Source of the DNA: an uncultured bacterium
GTDB taxonomy: Bacteria > Patescibacteriota > Minisyncoccia > Phycocordibacterales > GWA1-40-21
Assembly: GCA_903831305.1 (NCBI GenBank)
Contig: CAIKXE010000004.1
Span: 83,524-147,523 of the forward strand
Reading direction: 5' to 3'
Length of the DNA stretch: 64,000 bases
The translations under genes were made by a program, and so were the position numbers. The notes under the pieces were generated by a model that saw only the letters and a program-made list of their open reading frames with translations, ran no database searches and was not told the origin of the DNA. Shown piece after piece: positions 27,078 through 36,526 of this stretch (position 1 is the first letter of the stretch; every line of letters begins with the position of its first letter).

Positions 27078-27623
27078 ATGGCAAATCTTATTACCGAAAA
27101 ACAAAAGAAGATAATCAAGGTGGATTATTTGGTCCGTCTCCTGGCTCTTTCTTTGTTTGTGGCCAGTGTTTTGGGATCGTTTATTTTGGTTTACATTGTT
27201 CCGTATTATGTTTTTTTGAGTAAAAAGGAGGATCAGGTAGCCAAACAGTTTGAAGCTATGATCACGAGTGATAAAAAAGGGGGAGCGGGAGCCGGGGCGT
27301 CAGAGATTGTGCGGGAGACCCTGGATCAGATGAAGGCGCTAGAGCTTTATAAACCAGGTCAGCTGGACCCCTCAGATTACTTCACCAAAATTATTGAAAG
27401 CAAAAATACCAATATTGGTTTGAAAAAGCTTACCTTCAGCCCTAGTGGTAAAAGTGAAATTAAATTTTTAGTCAGTGGTATTTCCTTAGACCGAGAAAGC
27501 TTGGTGGATTTTATTGAGGCTTTGAAAATTAAAGGCGGTTTTGCCAGTGTAGAATCACCGGTTTCTGATTTTGCCAAGGATAAGAATATTTCTTTTACTT
27601 TAAATATTATTGCTAAAATATGA
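27078..27623 (+). CDS. pilN: PilN-like bitopic membrane protein
   Basis: single N-terminal TM after basic stretch, follows pilM with 1-nt gap. Confidence 0.5.
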   Translation: MANLITEKQKKIIKVDYLVRLLALSLFVASVLGSFILVYIVPYYVFLSKKEDQVAKQFEAMITSDKKGGAGAGASEIVRETLDQMKALELYKPGQLDPSDYFTKIIESKNTNIGLKKLTFSPSGKSEIKFLVSGISLDRESLVDFIEALKIKGGFASVESPVSDFAKDKNISFTLNIIAKI

Positions 27624-28189
27624 AATTAACTTTTTCCAAAAAAATATTAGTCCTGGCCCTCACCGTTTTTACTGGTATTTTGGTTTTGGATATTGTCCTG
27701 GGAAATTTACTTATTAACAGGATCTCTAGTATTAATGGCCGAGTGGACCAGTTAAACACTTCTTCACAAAAACGAGAAAAGGATCTAGTCTTGACGGACT
27801 TCATCGCTAATTCAGCCGCTGAACGTGATCAGCTGGCTAGCTACTTTGTGGGGGCTGGTAATGCGCAGACCGTAGATTTTACCAAATATTTAGAGACGCT
27901 GGCTAAGGAGGCAGGAGTAACGGAGAAAAAGACTTTGAACTATCAATCAGTGACTGGTCTGGAATCATCGGTTAATGTGTCAGCTATTGAGTATCATTTT
28001 AGTGTTTCTGGCCGGTGGACAAATATTTTTTCTTTCTTACAGTTGATTGAAAATTTACCTAAGGTACTGGTTTTAAATAATGTGTCGTTGTCAGTAGCTT
28101 CAGAGGCAGTTTCTCTTAATGAGATAAGGGCCGGGGTGAGAGTTTGGTCATTGGACCTAGATTTTTCTGTTGTTAATTTGAAAAATTAA
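27620..28189 (+). CDS. pilO: PilO-like bitopic membrane protein
   Basis: single TM, coiled-coil; overlaps pilN stop. Confidence 0.45.
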   Translation: MKLTFSKKILVLALTVFTGILVLDIVLGNLLINRISSINGRVDQLNTSSQKREKDLVLTDFIANSAAERDQLASYFVGAGNAQTVDFTKYLETLAKEAGVTEKKTLNYQSVTGLESSVNVSAIEYHFSVSGRWTNIFSFLQLIENLPKVLVLNNVSLSVASEAVSLNEIRAGVRVWSLDLDFSVVNLKN

Positions 28190-28192
28190 AAC

Positions 28193-28477
28193 ATGATGAG
28201 AAATACTAATTTAAAAAATATAATTCGGGATTGGAAGATTGTGGTCAGTACCTTTGCCGTTCTTTTGATTATTGTATCAGCCCTAGCCTGGAAAGTGTAT
28301 TTGAGCCGGGAGATAGGTGGGGGATTCTTCTCAAGAGCAGAGGTGCCTACCGACACACAGGAGGTGACCATGGATAGTAAGAGACTAAAAGCCGATCTAT
28401 TAATCATGGAAACTAAACAGGCGGATTTTGTTAAAGTAAAAGCCACGCGCTCCCGCCTAGTTGACCCCTCGCTCTAA
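28193..28477 (+). CDS. small bitopic membrane protein, possible PilP-like
   Basis: operon position only. Confidence 0.3.
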   Translation: MMRNTNLKNIIRDWKIVVSTFAVLLIIVSALAWKVYLSREIGGGFFSRAEVPTDTQEVTMDSKRLKADLLIMETKQADFVKVKATRSRLVDPSL

Positions 28478-28506
28478 AACTGTTATATTCAGCAGGTCTG
28501 ATCCAT

Positions 28507-28578
28507 GCCCTCGTAGTTCAATGGATAGAACAAAGCTCTTCTAAGGCTTTGATGTTGGTTCGATTCCAACCGAGGGCA
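28507..28578 (+). tRNA. tRNA-Arg (anticodon UCU)
   Basis: acceptor GCCCTCG/CGAGGGC, anticodon stem AAGCT/GGCTT loop CTTCTAA, T arm GTTGG-TTCGATT-CCAAC. Confidence 0.8.
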
Positions 28579-28719
28579 CAATAAAAAGTACTCTTTTTTA
28601 TTGTGCCCGAGAGCAGGCATGGGTATGCCTGCGTGTTGGAATCGAAGCCTGTTTGAGATTTTTTAGAATTTCCGAATGAATAAAAAATCCAAACACGGAT
28701 ACTGTTCTCGTAGAGAAAG

Positions 28720-28739
28720 ATATCCAACCGAGGGCACCA
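28720..28739 (+). repeat. direct repeat of the tRNA-Arg(UCU) 3' end (gatATCCAACCGAGGGCAcc)
   Basis: matches 28561-28579 (GATTCCAACCGAGGGCACA) 140 nt upstream. Confidence 0.5.
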
Positions 28740-28800
28740 GAATAAAAGTATCTATTGTCTACTTTTTGATAAGAACGGAAAAAAATGATATATTTATCCG

Positions 28801-29676
28801 GTGGATATTGTTCCCCAACTCATTGTAAATAGTCTCATTGCTGGATCACTCTATGCCTTGGTAGCTTTGGGTTTCAATTTTATTTATGGAGCAACCCGTT
28901 TTTTCAACTTGGCGCACGGGGCTATCGCCGTGGCGGGAGGCTATATAGTGTACTTCTTTACAAAAATGCTCGGCTGGTCAGCTATACCGTCCATCATTAT
29001 TGGTCTACTTGTTGCTGGGTTGTTAGGTTATTTATCTGAACGTTTTATCTACCGCCCCCTTCGAGCCCGTAAAAGCTCACACATGGTTCTTCTGGTAGCT
29101 TCCTTGGGTGTATTGACCGCCCTCCAAGCCATAATTGCTATGCTCTTTACTAGCCAGTTTCAGACCCTGGGCCAGATGGATAGTGTGAACCGAACTTTCA
29201 ATATCTTTGGTGGCGTGATCACGCAAATACAGCTGATTATGTTTATCTCTGTGGTGGTGGTGATGGTGGGCCTGGCCGTGATTTTGAAATTTACTTTTTT
29301 TGGCAAATCGGTTCGGGCTATCAGTGACGATGAAGAAGTGGCCAGGATGGTGGGGATAAACACTAATCAAGTAATCGGTATTGTTTTTTTTATTGGTTCA
29401 GCCTTGGCGGGTCTCTCCGGGATACTTTCGGGCTATGATACCGGACTGGAGCCCACTATGGGTATGAGCTTGCTTTTGAAAGGGGTTATTGCTTCTATTA
29501 TCGGCGGTATTGGCAATGTGTATGGGGGAGTGCTTGGGGCCTTCCTTCTAGGTTTTGTAGAAAATTTCGGCATCTGGAAAATTTCCGGTGAGTGGAAAGA
29601 TGCTATTGCCTTTGGTCTCCTCATCATTTTCCTCCTGCTCAGACCCAATGGTATTTTAGGTCAAAAGCGGTCATAG
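28801..29676 (+). CDS. livH: branched-chain amino acid ABC transporter permease (LivH-like)
   Basis: 8 TM, conserved permease loop; near AGGYIVYFF. Confidence 0.8.
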   Translation: MDIVPQLIVNSLIAGSLYALVALGFNFIYGATRFFNLAHGAIAVAGGYIVYFFTKMLGWSAIPSIIIGLLVAGLLGYLSERFIYRPLRARKSSHMVLLVASLGVLTALQAIIAMLFTSQFQTLGQMDSVNRTFNIFGGVITQIQLIMFISVVVVMVGLAVILKFTFFGKSVRAISDDEEVARMVGINTNQVIGIVFFIGSALAGLSGILSGYDTGLEPTMGMSLLLKGVIASIIGGIGNVYGGVLGAFLLGFVENFGIWKISGEWKDAIAFGLLIIFLLLRPNGILGQKRS

Positions 29677-29681
29677 TCTAG

Positions 29682-30494
29682 CTAATCTTTTAGTTGTTTA
29701 GAGTCCCAAGAGAGTTCAAAAATAGTTTTCATCATGTCATGTATGGCCTGATCCTCGATGATTACGCCAGTCTCATGATCCTTCTTGAAGTTAGTTATAG
29801 CTACTTTATTTGTTCCATATATTGTAATTTCTGAGGCGGAAGGAAATTTTCCCTTTTTTACAAATCGCATTTCTGGCCAAAACTTTTTATCCACATTACC
29901 ATAAAATATTTCTCTTGATTCTCTATCTTCTTTAGTATCTGGTAAAATAATGCGAGTGGTTATTCCGTTTTTGGTTTTTCTTTCTGTGTAGGATTTGAAT
30001 AAATCCTTATTGTCGGCATCAAGAAAGTTTGTAAACTCCTTACCGTTGGTGAAGTTTAACATTTCATATGGTTTCTGATTAGTGACCATATCGTCAAAGA
30101 TGTCAAAGAAGCCCTTTTTACCAGAATAATAAGTAATTTTTGCTTGGTCTTGGTTTGACGAGTAGATATTTTTTATATTTGGCAAGATTTCGGTTATCTC
30201 ACTAACAGATTCTTCTACTTGATGAAGTCTTGATTTAGTAAATTTTAAAACATTTTCCGGTTTTTCTATCTGGTAGTATATTTTATCCTTATTCATTATT
30301 TCATTGACGAGACCTTTTATGGATAGCGAGGTCAAAATATTATATGCGGTTGATCGCCGTATCCCTGCGTATTTGGCGATTCGGGAAGGGAAGGCTTCCC
30401 TCAGTTCCAGAACAGAAACGTATACCAGAGACTCTTTGTCAGTCAGGCCAGACTTCATTAGTTTTTTTATTAGCCCGATATTCTTTATTTCCAT
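29682..30494 (-). CDS. TrmB-family transcriptional regulator (paralog 1)
   Basis: wHTH LTDKESLVYVSVLELREAFPSRIAKYAGIRRSTAY; divergent to SBP gene. Confidence 0.7.
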   Translation of the reverse strand: MEIKNIGLIKKLMKSGLTDKESLVYVSVLELREAFPSRIAKYAGIRRSTAYNILTSLSIKGLVNEIMNKDKIYYQIEKPENVLKFTKSRLHQVEESVSEITEILPNIKNIYSSNQDQAKITYYSGKKGFFDIFDDMVTNQKPYEMLNFTNGKEFTNFLDADNKDLFKSYTERKTKNGITTRIILPDTKEDRESREIFYGNVDKKFWPEMRFVKKGKFPSASEITIYGTNKVAITNFKKDHETGVIIEDQAIHDMMKTIFELSWDSKQLKD

Positions 30495-30689
30495 AGTTTA
30501 ATAGTAACAGATGTGTGTAAACTGTCAATGTAAACCGACAGTCTCTGTATAATTCTACAATAGACTTCTATTTAGTCATATTTATAGTTTGGAGTGTCAA
30601 TCATTACACACATATTCTTAGTATGTGGTAGTCTTTTTGATAGAAGGTCTAGGTTATGACCTTCTATTTTAATCAATAATTTAAAAAAA

Positions 30690-31805
30690 ATGGAAAAAAT
30701 AAATAAGAAATGGTTAGTAAAAATTATTGTTTTGGTTTTAGTTATAATATTTGTCGGTTTAGCTTTTGGAATGACTAGGCCGGTTGCTAATAAATCAGTG
30801 AAAGTTGGGGTAATTTTACCCTTGACTGGGGCCGCCGCTGATTATGGGCAGGCCACAAAAAAGGGTATTATCTTGGCGGTGGCTAAGACTTTGAAGAATG
30901 ACAATATTAATCTGGAAGTTATATATGAAGATAGCCAGGCTGATCCAAAGTTAGCCGTTAGTGCTATGAAAAAATTGGTGAATATTGATAAAGTAAAATA
31001 TGTTATTGGCTTTACTAGCGGGGAAACTTTAGCTATTTGTTCTATCGCGGATACTAATAAGGTTATATTGCTTGGAACTGCCACCAGCCCTGATATCACG
31101 ACGAAGTGCGGGGATTATACTTTTAGGAACTCACCGTCTGATACTTATCAGGGTAAGGTTTTAGCAGACAAGGTTTTTGCTATGGGTTATAAAAATGTTG
31201 CTATTTTTTATATTAACAATGATTACGGAGTTGGTTTGAAAGATAAATTTATAAAGGATTTTGAGGGAACAATTACAAATGTGGAGTCACACAAGCCTAA
31301 TGATACGGACTTTAGAACTCAGCTGATGAAGATAAAAGCAAACAATCCCGAGGCAGTTGTTCTCATTTCCCATCTGGCCGAGGGATCAATAATCCTCAAA
31401 CAGCAGGTGGAGTTAGGGCTGGCCAAGCCTGTATTTTCTTCGGAGTCTTTGAAGGACTCCGCCGTATTCAAGCTTAGTAAGCTTTCATTAGAAAGATTAT
31501 ATATTAGCTTCATTAGCCAATACGAGGGTCCGGAATTTAAGGAGTACAAGGATAGTTATACAAAAGCTTATGGTTCGGAGTTTGGTATCTATTCAGATTA
31601 TCAGTATGATAATATTTTAACTATAGTTAATGCTCTAAAGATTTGTAAAGATGGAAGTGATATTGAGTGTGTAAAGAAAGAAATTTACAGAACTAATATA
31701 ATTGGTGCTACGGGCCGTATAAACTTTGACAGCAATGGTGATCGAGTTGATAAAGATTATTTTCTATATAAGGTACAGGATAATACTTTTGTTCCACTAG
31801 ATTAG
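30690..31805 (+). CDS. ABC transporter substrate-binding protein, Leu/Ile/Val-binding family (SBP-1)
   Basis: N-terminal TM anchor, VKVGVILPLTGAAADYGQ motif. Confidence 0.8.
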   Translation: MEKINKKWLVKIIVLVLVIIFVGLAFGMTRPVANKSVKVGVILPLTGAAADYGQATKKGIILAVAKTLKNDNINLEVIYEDSQADPKLAVSAMKKLVNIDKVKYVIGFTSGETLAICSIADTNKVILLGTATSPDITTKCGDYTFRNSPSDTYQGKVLADKVFAMGYKNVAIFYINNDYGVGLKDKFIKDFEGTITNVESHKPNDTDFRTQLMKIKANNPEAVVLISHLAEGSIILKQQVELGLAKPVFSSESLKDSAVFKLSKLSLERLYISFISQYEGPEFKEYKDSYTKAYGSEFGIYSDYQYDNILTIVNALKICKDGSDIECVKKEIYRTNIIGATGRINFDSNGDRVDKDYFLYKVQDNTFVPLD

Positions 31806-31815
31806 TCTTGCAACC

Positions 31816-32562
31816 TTAATCCTCCGTGGAGATATTCCACAAAATATTGAACAGGGCTAGGATGGTTTGGCTAAACTCGGGGCTCTCAATCACAAAGCCA
31901 AAATTTCCCCTTTCGGTAAAGATGATCGCTACCTTTTGCCCGATGACACAGATGGTATCTGGGATGAAGACCCCTTTAGGGGCATAGCGTATTTCCCGTA
32001 GCATTTCTGTGGCGCCACTGATAAGTGGTTCAGTGGGCTGATCCTCGCGCATACGGACATTTTTTACTTTGATCCTTTTGGCGATTCGGCGCCTGGCATA
32101 ATCCTTGAGGAAGTCATCACCGACGGTTTGCACCCGGGAAGCATTAGAGCTGACGTAATACATGGTTTTACTTCTGGTGGTCAGTGTTTCCTCAAAGATA
32201 TTTTGCATCCCTTTTTGCCCAAAATAATATTTCATCTTTGGTTTTTCTTGGTCCGGTGAGATCATAGCAGACAAAGCGGGGACTACTTGCTCAGCGTATT
32301 TTAAATTATTTTTAGCTTGGCGGATAAAGGCCGTAGGGGATTCTACTTTGTATTGCTTTTTCTTTTCTGTCAGCACCATGGTAATCAAGCCACGTCTGAT
32401 GAGCTCATCTAAGATAAGGTAACAAGTGGGCCTCTTTAGCCCGGATTTGGCCGCCACTTCCAGGACAGTAAAGGACACTAGCTCCAAGGCGGCCAGGTAT
32501 AGCCGGGCTTCCTTGTCACCGAGGCCTAATAGTTCTAATTGTTTCTCCTTTATCATTGCCAC
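31816..32562 (-). CDS. TrmB-family transcriptional regulator (paralog 2)
   Basis: wHTH GDKEARLYLAALELVSFTVLEVAAKSGLKRPTCY. Confidence 0.7.
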   Translation of the reverse strand: MAMIKEKQLELLGLGDKEARLYLAALELVSFTVLEVAAKSGLKRPTCYLILDELIRRGLITMVLTEKKKQYKVESPTAFIRQAKNNLKYAEQVVPALSAMISPDQEKPKMKYYFGQKGMQNIFEETLTTRSKTMYYVSSNASRVQTVGDDFLKDYARRRIAKRIKVKNVRMREDQPTEPLISGATEMLREIRYAPKGVFIPDTICVIGQKVAIIFTERGNFGFVIESPEFSQTILALFNILWNISTED

Positions 32563-32731
32563 CCTATTATAACAGAGCCAAGTATGTTGTCAAATTTATT
32601 GACATTTATCTACATACCTTAATATACGGCTATATGTAAGAATATTATGTAATATATAGTTTAAATTGTTTGACGTATTTTGGTCTTGTGATACAATAAT
32701 TCTGTTAGTTTATTAATTATCAATTAATCAT

Positions 32732-33856
32732 ATGAAAAAAATATACATATATTTAGGTTTAGTTGTTATTGTGCTTGCGGGGGCGGTTATGGTTTCTAGA
32801 AATCAAACCACACTTGGGCCGGTCAAGATCGGCGTTATCGGTCCAGTGACTGGTAGCTCCGCTGGGGTTTATTATGAGCCATTGAAAAAGGGGATTGATA
32901 TTGCTCTGGCGGGGATAAACAAGAGTGGTACTAAATTAGCGGTGGTGTATGAGGATGATCAGCTAGATGGTAAATTATCAGTTTCGGCCTATGCTAAATT
33001 AAAAGCAGAAGGTGTGCGGTACTTTATCCTAAACGGTAGTCCAGCGGCGGCCGCCGTCGCTCCACTGATCAAGGCTGATGGAAACGTGTCCATGGTGCCC
33101 TCAGCCCTCCTGACGGCTTACAAGGATGATAGCCCTCTGACTTGCCGTATTGCTCTGACCGCTGACAATTATGGTCCAGCTTTCACTGATTTGTTCTTAA
33201 ATAAATTAGATAAGAAGCAAATAGTCACCTTGGTTTCAAATACCGAGGGGGCGATGGCTATCTATAATGTATTCAAGGAAAAGTTTGAGGCCGCAGGCGG
33301 GCAGATAGTCCAGGCGGAAACCTTTGGCAAGGATGACATTGATTTCCGTACCCAGATTACTAAAATCAAAGCTAATAAAAAAGCCGAAGCGATTGTGGTT
33401 ATAAACTGGTCAAGCACTATTGTACCTATGCTTACTCAGATAAAAGAACTTGGCCTGACCTTACCGATCTTTGGTGACACGGGGACAATCAAGAATGCGG
33501 CTATCAAGGATTTGACTCTGGCTAACGGAATTACTTTCTTGGACTATTCTTTCACCACTGATGGTAACAATGTTTCAGGCATTGCTCAGAAATTTATCAG
33601 TGATTATGCTTCCTTAAATGGTGGAAGCAAGCCGAGTATCCAAGCCCTCCAAGGTCATGACTCTGTAAGTATCCTGGCTCATGCTCTTGCTCAGGCTGAT
33701 GCTAAGAACCCAACCAGTGTGGCAAACTATATTGTAAATAATATTAAGGATTATGAGCTGGCCGGTGGTAAATTCTCCTTCAACAGTACCTGTGAAGCTG
33801 ATAGAGATATTGCCGTCAGACAAGTGGTAAACGGGGAGATTGTAGATGTAAAATAA
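32732..33856 (+). CDS. ABC transporter substrate-binding protein, Leu/Ile/Val-binding family (SBP-2)
   Basis: VKIGVIGPVTGSSAGVYYE; paralog of SBP-1/3. Confidence 0.8.
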   Translation: MKKIYIYLGLVVIVLAGAVMVSRNQTTLGPVKIGVIGPVTGSSAGVYYEPLKKGIDIALAGINKSGTKLAVVYEDDQLDGKLSVSAYAKLKAEGVRYFILNGSPAAAAVAPLIKADGNVSMVPSALLTAYKDDSPLTCRIALTADNYGPAFTDLFLNKLDKKQIVTLVSNTEGAMAIYNVFKEKFEAAGGQIVQAETFGKDDIDFRTQITKIKANKKAEAIVVINWSSTIVPMLTQIKELGLTLPIFGDTGTIKNAAIKDLTLANGITFLDYSFTTDGNNVSGIAQKFISDYASLNGGSKPSIQALQGHDSVSILAHALAQADAKNPTSVANYIVNNIKDYELAGGKFSFNSTCEADRDIAVRQVVNGEIVDVK

Positions 33857-33878
33857 AGATTATTAATAATTAATCACC

Positions 33879-33908
33879 AAAATAGCCCTAAACCAGGGCT
33901 ATTTTGGT
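33879..33908 (+). terminator. hairpin aaaatagccct-aaacc-agggctatttt
   Basis: perfect 11-bp stem. Confidence 0.65.
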
Positions 33909-33922
33909 GTCAGAAAAAGTGC

Positions 33923-33951
33923 TTGACAAATAGTCCATACTATGCTAGTGT
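33923..33951 (+). promoter_or_regulatory. sigma70-like promoter TTGACA-17-TAGTGT for GC-rich two-gene island
   Basis: hexamers read directly; SD AGGGAG before ATG 34023. Confidence 0.45.
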
Positions 33952-34022
33952 TATAGGTAGATCGATCCACCGTAATTCGCGTCCCATATCGGGGTGCGAC
34001 GGGGATCAAGGGAGATATCGGG

Positions 34023-34394
34023 ATGAAGAAGATCATTGGTATGCTGGTGGCTGTCGCGGTCGTGGCGTTGTTTGCCACGGGGTGCGCGTCGCTCACTCGG
34101 GATCCGAACCGTGGGCGGGGCGTGGAGTATTCGGAGAAGATCCTCCGGCCGACGGGCGACGTCCCGAAGATCGGGACCGTGATCCACGTGATCGCGATTC
34201 TGAATCGGGAGGTGGAGTCTCAGGTCATCTGGACCGAGATGCCCACTGACTACGCCATGTTCCCGAAAGTTCGGGTCATGACGGTCAAGGGGTTTCGCGC
34301 CTGGTCGGAGGGTGTGGGTGACGAGAGAGACTCGTTGTGCATGGTCCAGTACGATAGTGAGACCAGCATACGCCTCATCCTCATGAAGGACTGA
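34023..34394 (+). CDS. lipoprotein (123 aa) in GC-rich island
   Basis: signal peptide plus lipobox LFATGC; GC3-rich codons. Confidence 0.5.
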   Translation: MKKIIGMLVAVAVVALFATGCASLTRDPNRGRGVEYSEKILRPTGDVPKIGTVIHVIAILNREVESQVIWTEMPTDYAMFPKVRVMTVKGFRAWSEGVGDERDSLCMVQYDSETSIRLILMKD

Positions 34395-34564
34395 CCACCC
34401 GAGTTTGTGGGTTAACTCTGACAACTCATATGGTCCTGAGGCGCCATTGTAAAAAGCCTCACTGTCTCACGATGTGTGTCGTGACTGATAAGTCCAAAAG
34501 GACGAAACAGAAAAGTTCTTTGAGAGGTAAGTAAGCGGGGTAAATCCCCAGAAAGAGAGAGACA

Positions 34565-35404
34565 ATGAATACGGAAACGAAGAATGGTCGGCCGGTGAAG
34601 GTTCATTTGGCCATGAGGGACGGTCCAGTTCCCAGGTCGATCAGGCAAGTTCTGCCGATCGTCGGGGATGAGGCCTCCCACACTTACGTGGAGGTCCAAG
34701 CCGAGGCAGACCTCGTCATCTTTGACGAGGTGCGGGAGATCGAACGGGGATACGACAAGGAGAAATCCTACGCGTTCCTGCAGATGCCCGGAGTGAAGGT
34801 TCCGCGTCTGCCGGATAACTGCGAGGTCATCAACCCCCTGCAGATCTTGCCGGGCTTGATCGGGTCCATCAGTAAGGCTCGTTTGAGACTTCCCCCGCCC
34901 GCCATGTCGGCCGTGGAAGAAGAGGAAGAGACGACTGTGTCTTTACTCCCCGACGCCCTGCGTATCCTCGTCATTGAGGATACGCCGCGGCACCAGGCGA
35001 GTGCTAAGCAAGGTCTGGCCGGACACCGACTCATGGTAGCCACGGGGTACGAGGAAGCGATGGAGGTTCTCGGCAACGAGAAGTTCGACGTCGTCCTCAC
35101 GGACCTGCAACTACCCATGTCCTCGCGCACGCTCGGTACCGAAGCGTTCAAGCTCGGTCAGCTGGTGCCTTATGGCCTCATGCTCATGATCGAGGCGGCG
35201 CACCAGGGGGCGAGACATGTGGCGGTCGTCACAGACATGAACCATCACGCGGACTGGCTATCGGCAGCATTCGATCACTTCCGCTACTCGGTGAAAATCG
35301 AGGGAGCGGTCGTGCAGATGATGCACGCGCCGATGAAGCGGGACGCGTCTGGTGAGTCCGTCAAGGACTGGGTCGCCGCCCTTGACCGGCTCCTGAAAGA
35401 GTAG
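34565..35404 (+). CDS. protein with C-terminal CheY-like receiver-type domain (279 aa), GC-rich island
   Basis: LRILVIEDT...DVVLTDLQLPM pattern resembles REC domain; no obvious output domain. Confidence 0.45.
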   Translation: MNTETKNGRPVKVHLAMRDGPVPRSIRQVLPIVGDEASHTYVEVQAEADLVIFDEVREIERGYDKEKSYAFLQMPGVKVPRLPDNCEVINPLQILPGLIGSISKARLRLPPPAMSAVEEEEETTVSLLPDALRILVIEDTPRHQASAKQGLAGHRLMVATGYEEAMEVLGNEKFDVVLTDLQLPMSSRTLGTEAFKLGQLVPYGLMLMIEAAHQGARHVAVVTDMNHHADWLSAAFDHFRYSVKIEGAVVQMMHAPMKRDASGESVKDWVAALDRLLKE

Positions 35405-35470
35405 CTCTTAACCTAAAGCGCGGATATAATCCGCCAAGTGACCTGACATGTTACAGACAACTGTCAACGG

Positions 35471-35505
35471 GCCCGGACTGCAACACGCAGTTCCGGGCCT
35501 TTAAA
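35471..35505 (+). terminator. hairpin ggcccggactgc...gcagttccgggcc plus T run
   Basis: read directly. Confidence 0.55.
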
Positions 35506-35582
35506 CTTGTCTGAATTTCAAAATAAGGTGTGGATTATAAATAAGCGGTCGCGTTCTTATATTCCACCCCTAAACAGGGTTT

Positions 35583-36482
35583 TTGTTTTGGAAAAATTTA
35601 AGGTATAATTTCTCCGTGGAATATTTAATACACCTTGCCATACTCTTTGCTATCTACGTGCCACTGGCGGTGTCACTAAATTTGGTGGTGGGGTATACTG
35701 GACTGCTCTCTGTCACTCACGCGGCCTTTTATGGTGTGGGGGCTTATGCCACTACTCTGCTTGTGGTAAATTTTGGTTGGGGCTTTATCCCGGCTTTGCT
35801 TGTGGCCATGATCCTCTCCGGCCTCCTGGCCACTCTCTTTGGCTTGATCCTCAGCCGTTTCCGAGATGATTATTATGCCTTGGTCTCTTTTGGTTTCAAC
35901 ATTATCGTTTACAGTATTTTATTAAACTGGGAGAGCTTGACCCGTGGCCCCCTAGGGATCCCTGGTATTCCTCGGCCAGAAATATTTGGTCTGACTTTTG
36001 ATTCAAATTTATCATTCTTGATTTTAGCCTTGGCTCTGGCTCTCACGGTCTACCTGGTTTCAGCGGGCATTGTAAAATCATCCCTTGGCCGAGTGCTCAA
36101 AGGGATAAGAGAAGATGAAAAGGTGCTCGCTATCTTTGGTTACAATACCGAGGTTTTCAAGCTGGTCATCTTTGGCCTGACCGCGATGATGGCGGGGCTC
36201 GCGGGTGGTCTCTTTGCTACTTATATTACTTTTATTGACCCTTCCACTTTTGGCCTGAATGAAAGTATTTTTATCCTGGCTATGATTATCCTGGGTGGTA
36301 TGGCTAATCTCCGGGGGTCCGTCATCGGCGCTCTGTTCCTAATCCTCCTGCCGGAAATTCTGCGTTTTGTGGGCTTCCCCTCAGACATCGCGGCCCAGAT
36401 GCGCCAAGTGGTGTATGGGGCTCTCTTGGTCTTGCTTATGTTATATCGTCCCCAAGGATTGCTAGGGGAGTATAAACTGTGA
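35583..36482 (+). CDS. livM: branched-chain amino acid ABC transporter permease (LivM-like)
   Basis: multi-TM permease; paralogous to LivH-like gene. Confidence 0.78.
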   Translation: MFWKNLRYNFSVEYLIHLAILFAIYVPLAVSLNLVVGYTGLLSVTHAAFYGVGAYATTLLVVNFGWGFIPALLVAMILSGLLATLFGLILSRFRDDYYALVSFGFNIIVYSILLNWESLTRGPLGIPGIPRPEIFGLTFDSNLSFLILALALALTVYLVSAGIVKSSLGRVLKGIREDEKVLAIFGYNTEVFKLVIFGLTAMMAGLAGGLFATYITFIDPSTFGLNESIFILAMIILGGMANLRGSVIGALFLILLPEILRFVGFPSDIAAQMRQVVYGALLVLLMLYRPQGLLGEYKL

Positions 36483-36526
36483 TATTCTTTAAATAGTAAT
36501 TTATTAATAATTCTTAAAAAAAACTC

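Noticed and set aside
28518-28727. ORF 28518..28727 (-) 69 aa
   Set aside because: It overlaps tRNA-Arg(UCU) and its repeat scar on the opposite strand. It has no coding signal.
33923-34424. ORFs 33923..34249 (+) and 33951..34424 (-) overlapping the island lipoprotein gene
   Set aside because: Arg/Asp/Gly-rich low-complexity products typical of wrong-frame reads through GC-rich coding DNA. The lipoprotein frame (34023..34394) has an SD and a signal peptide.
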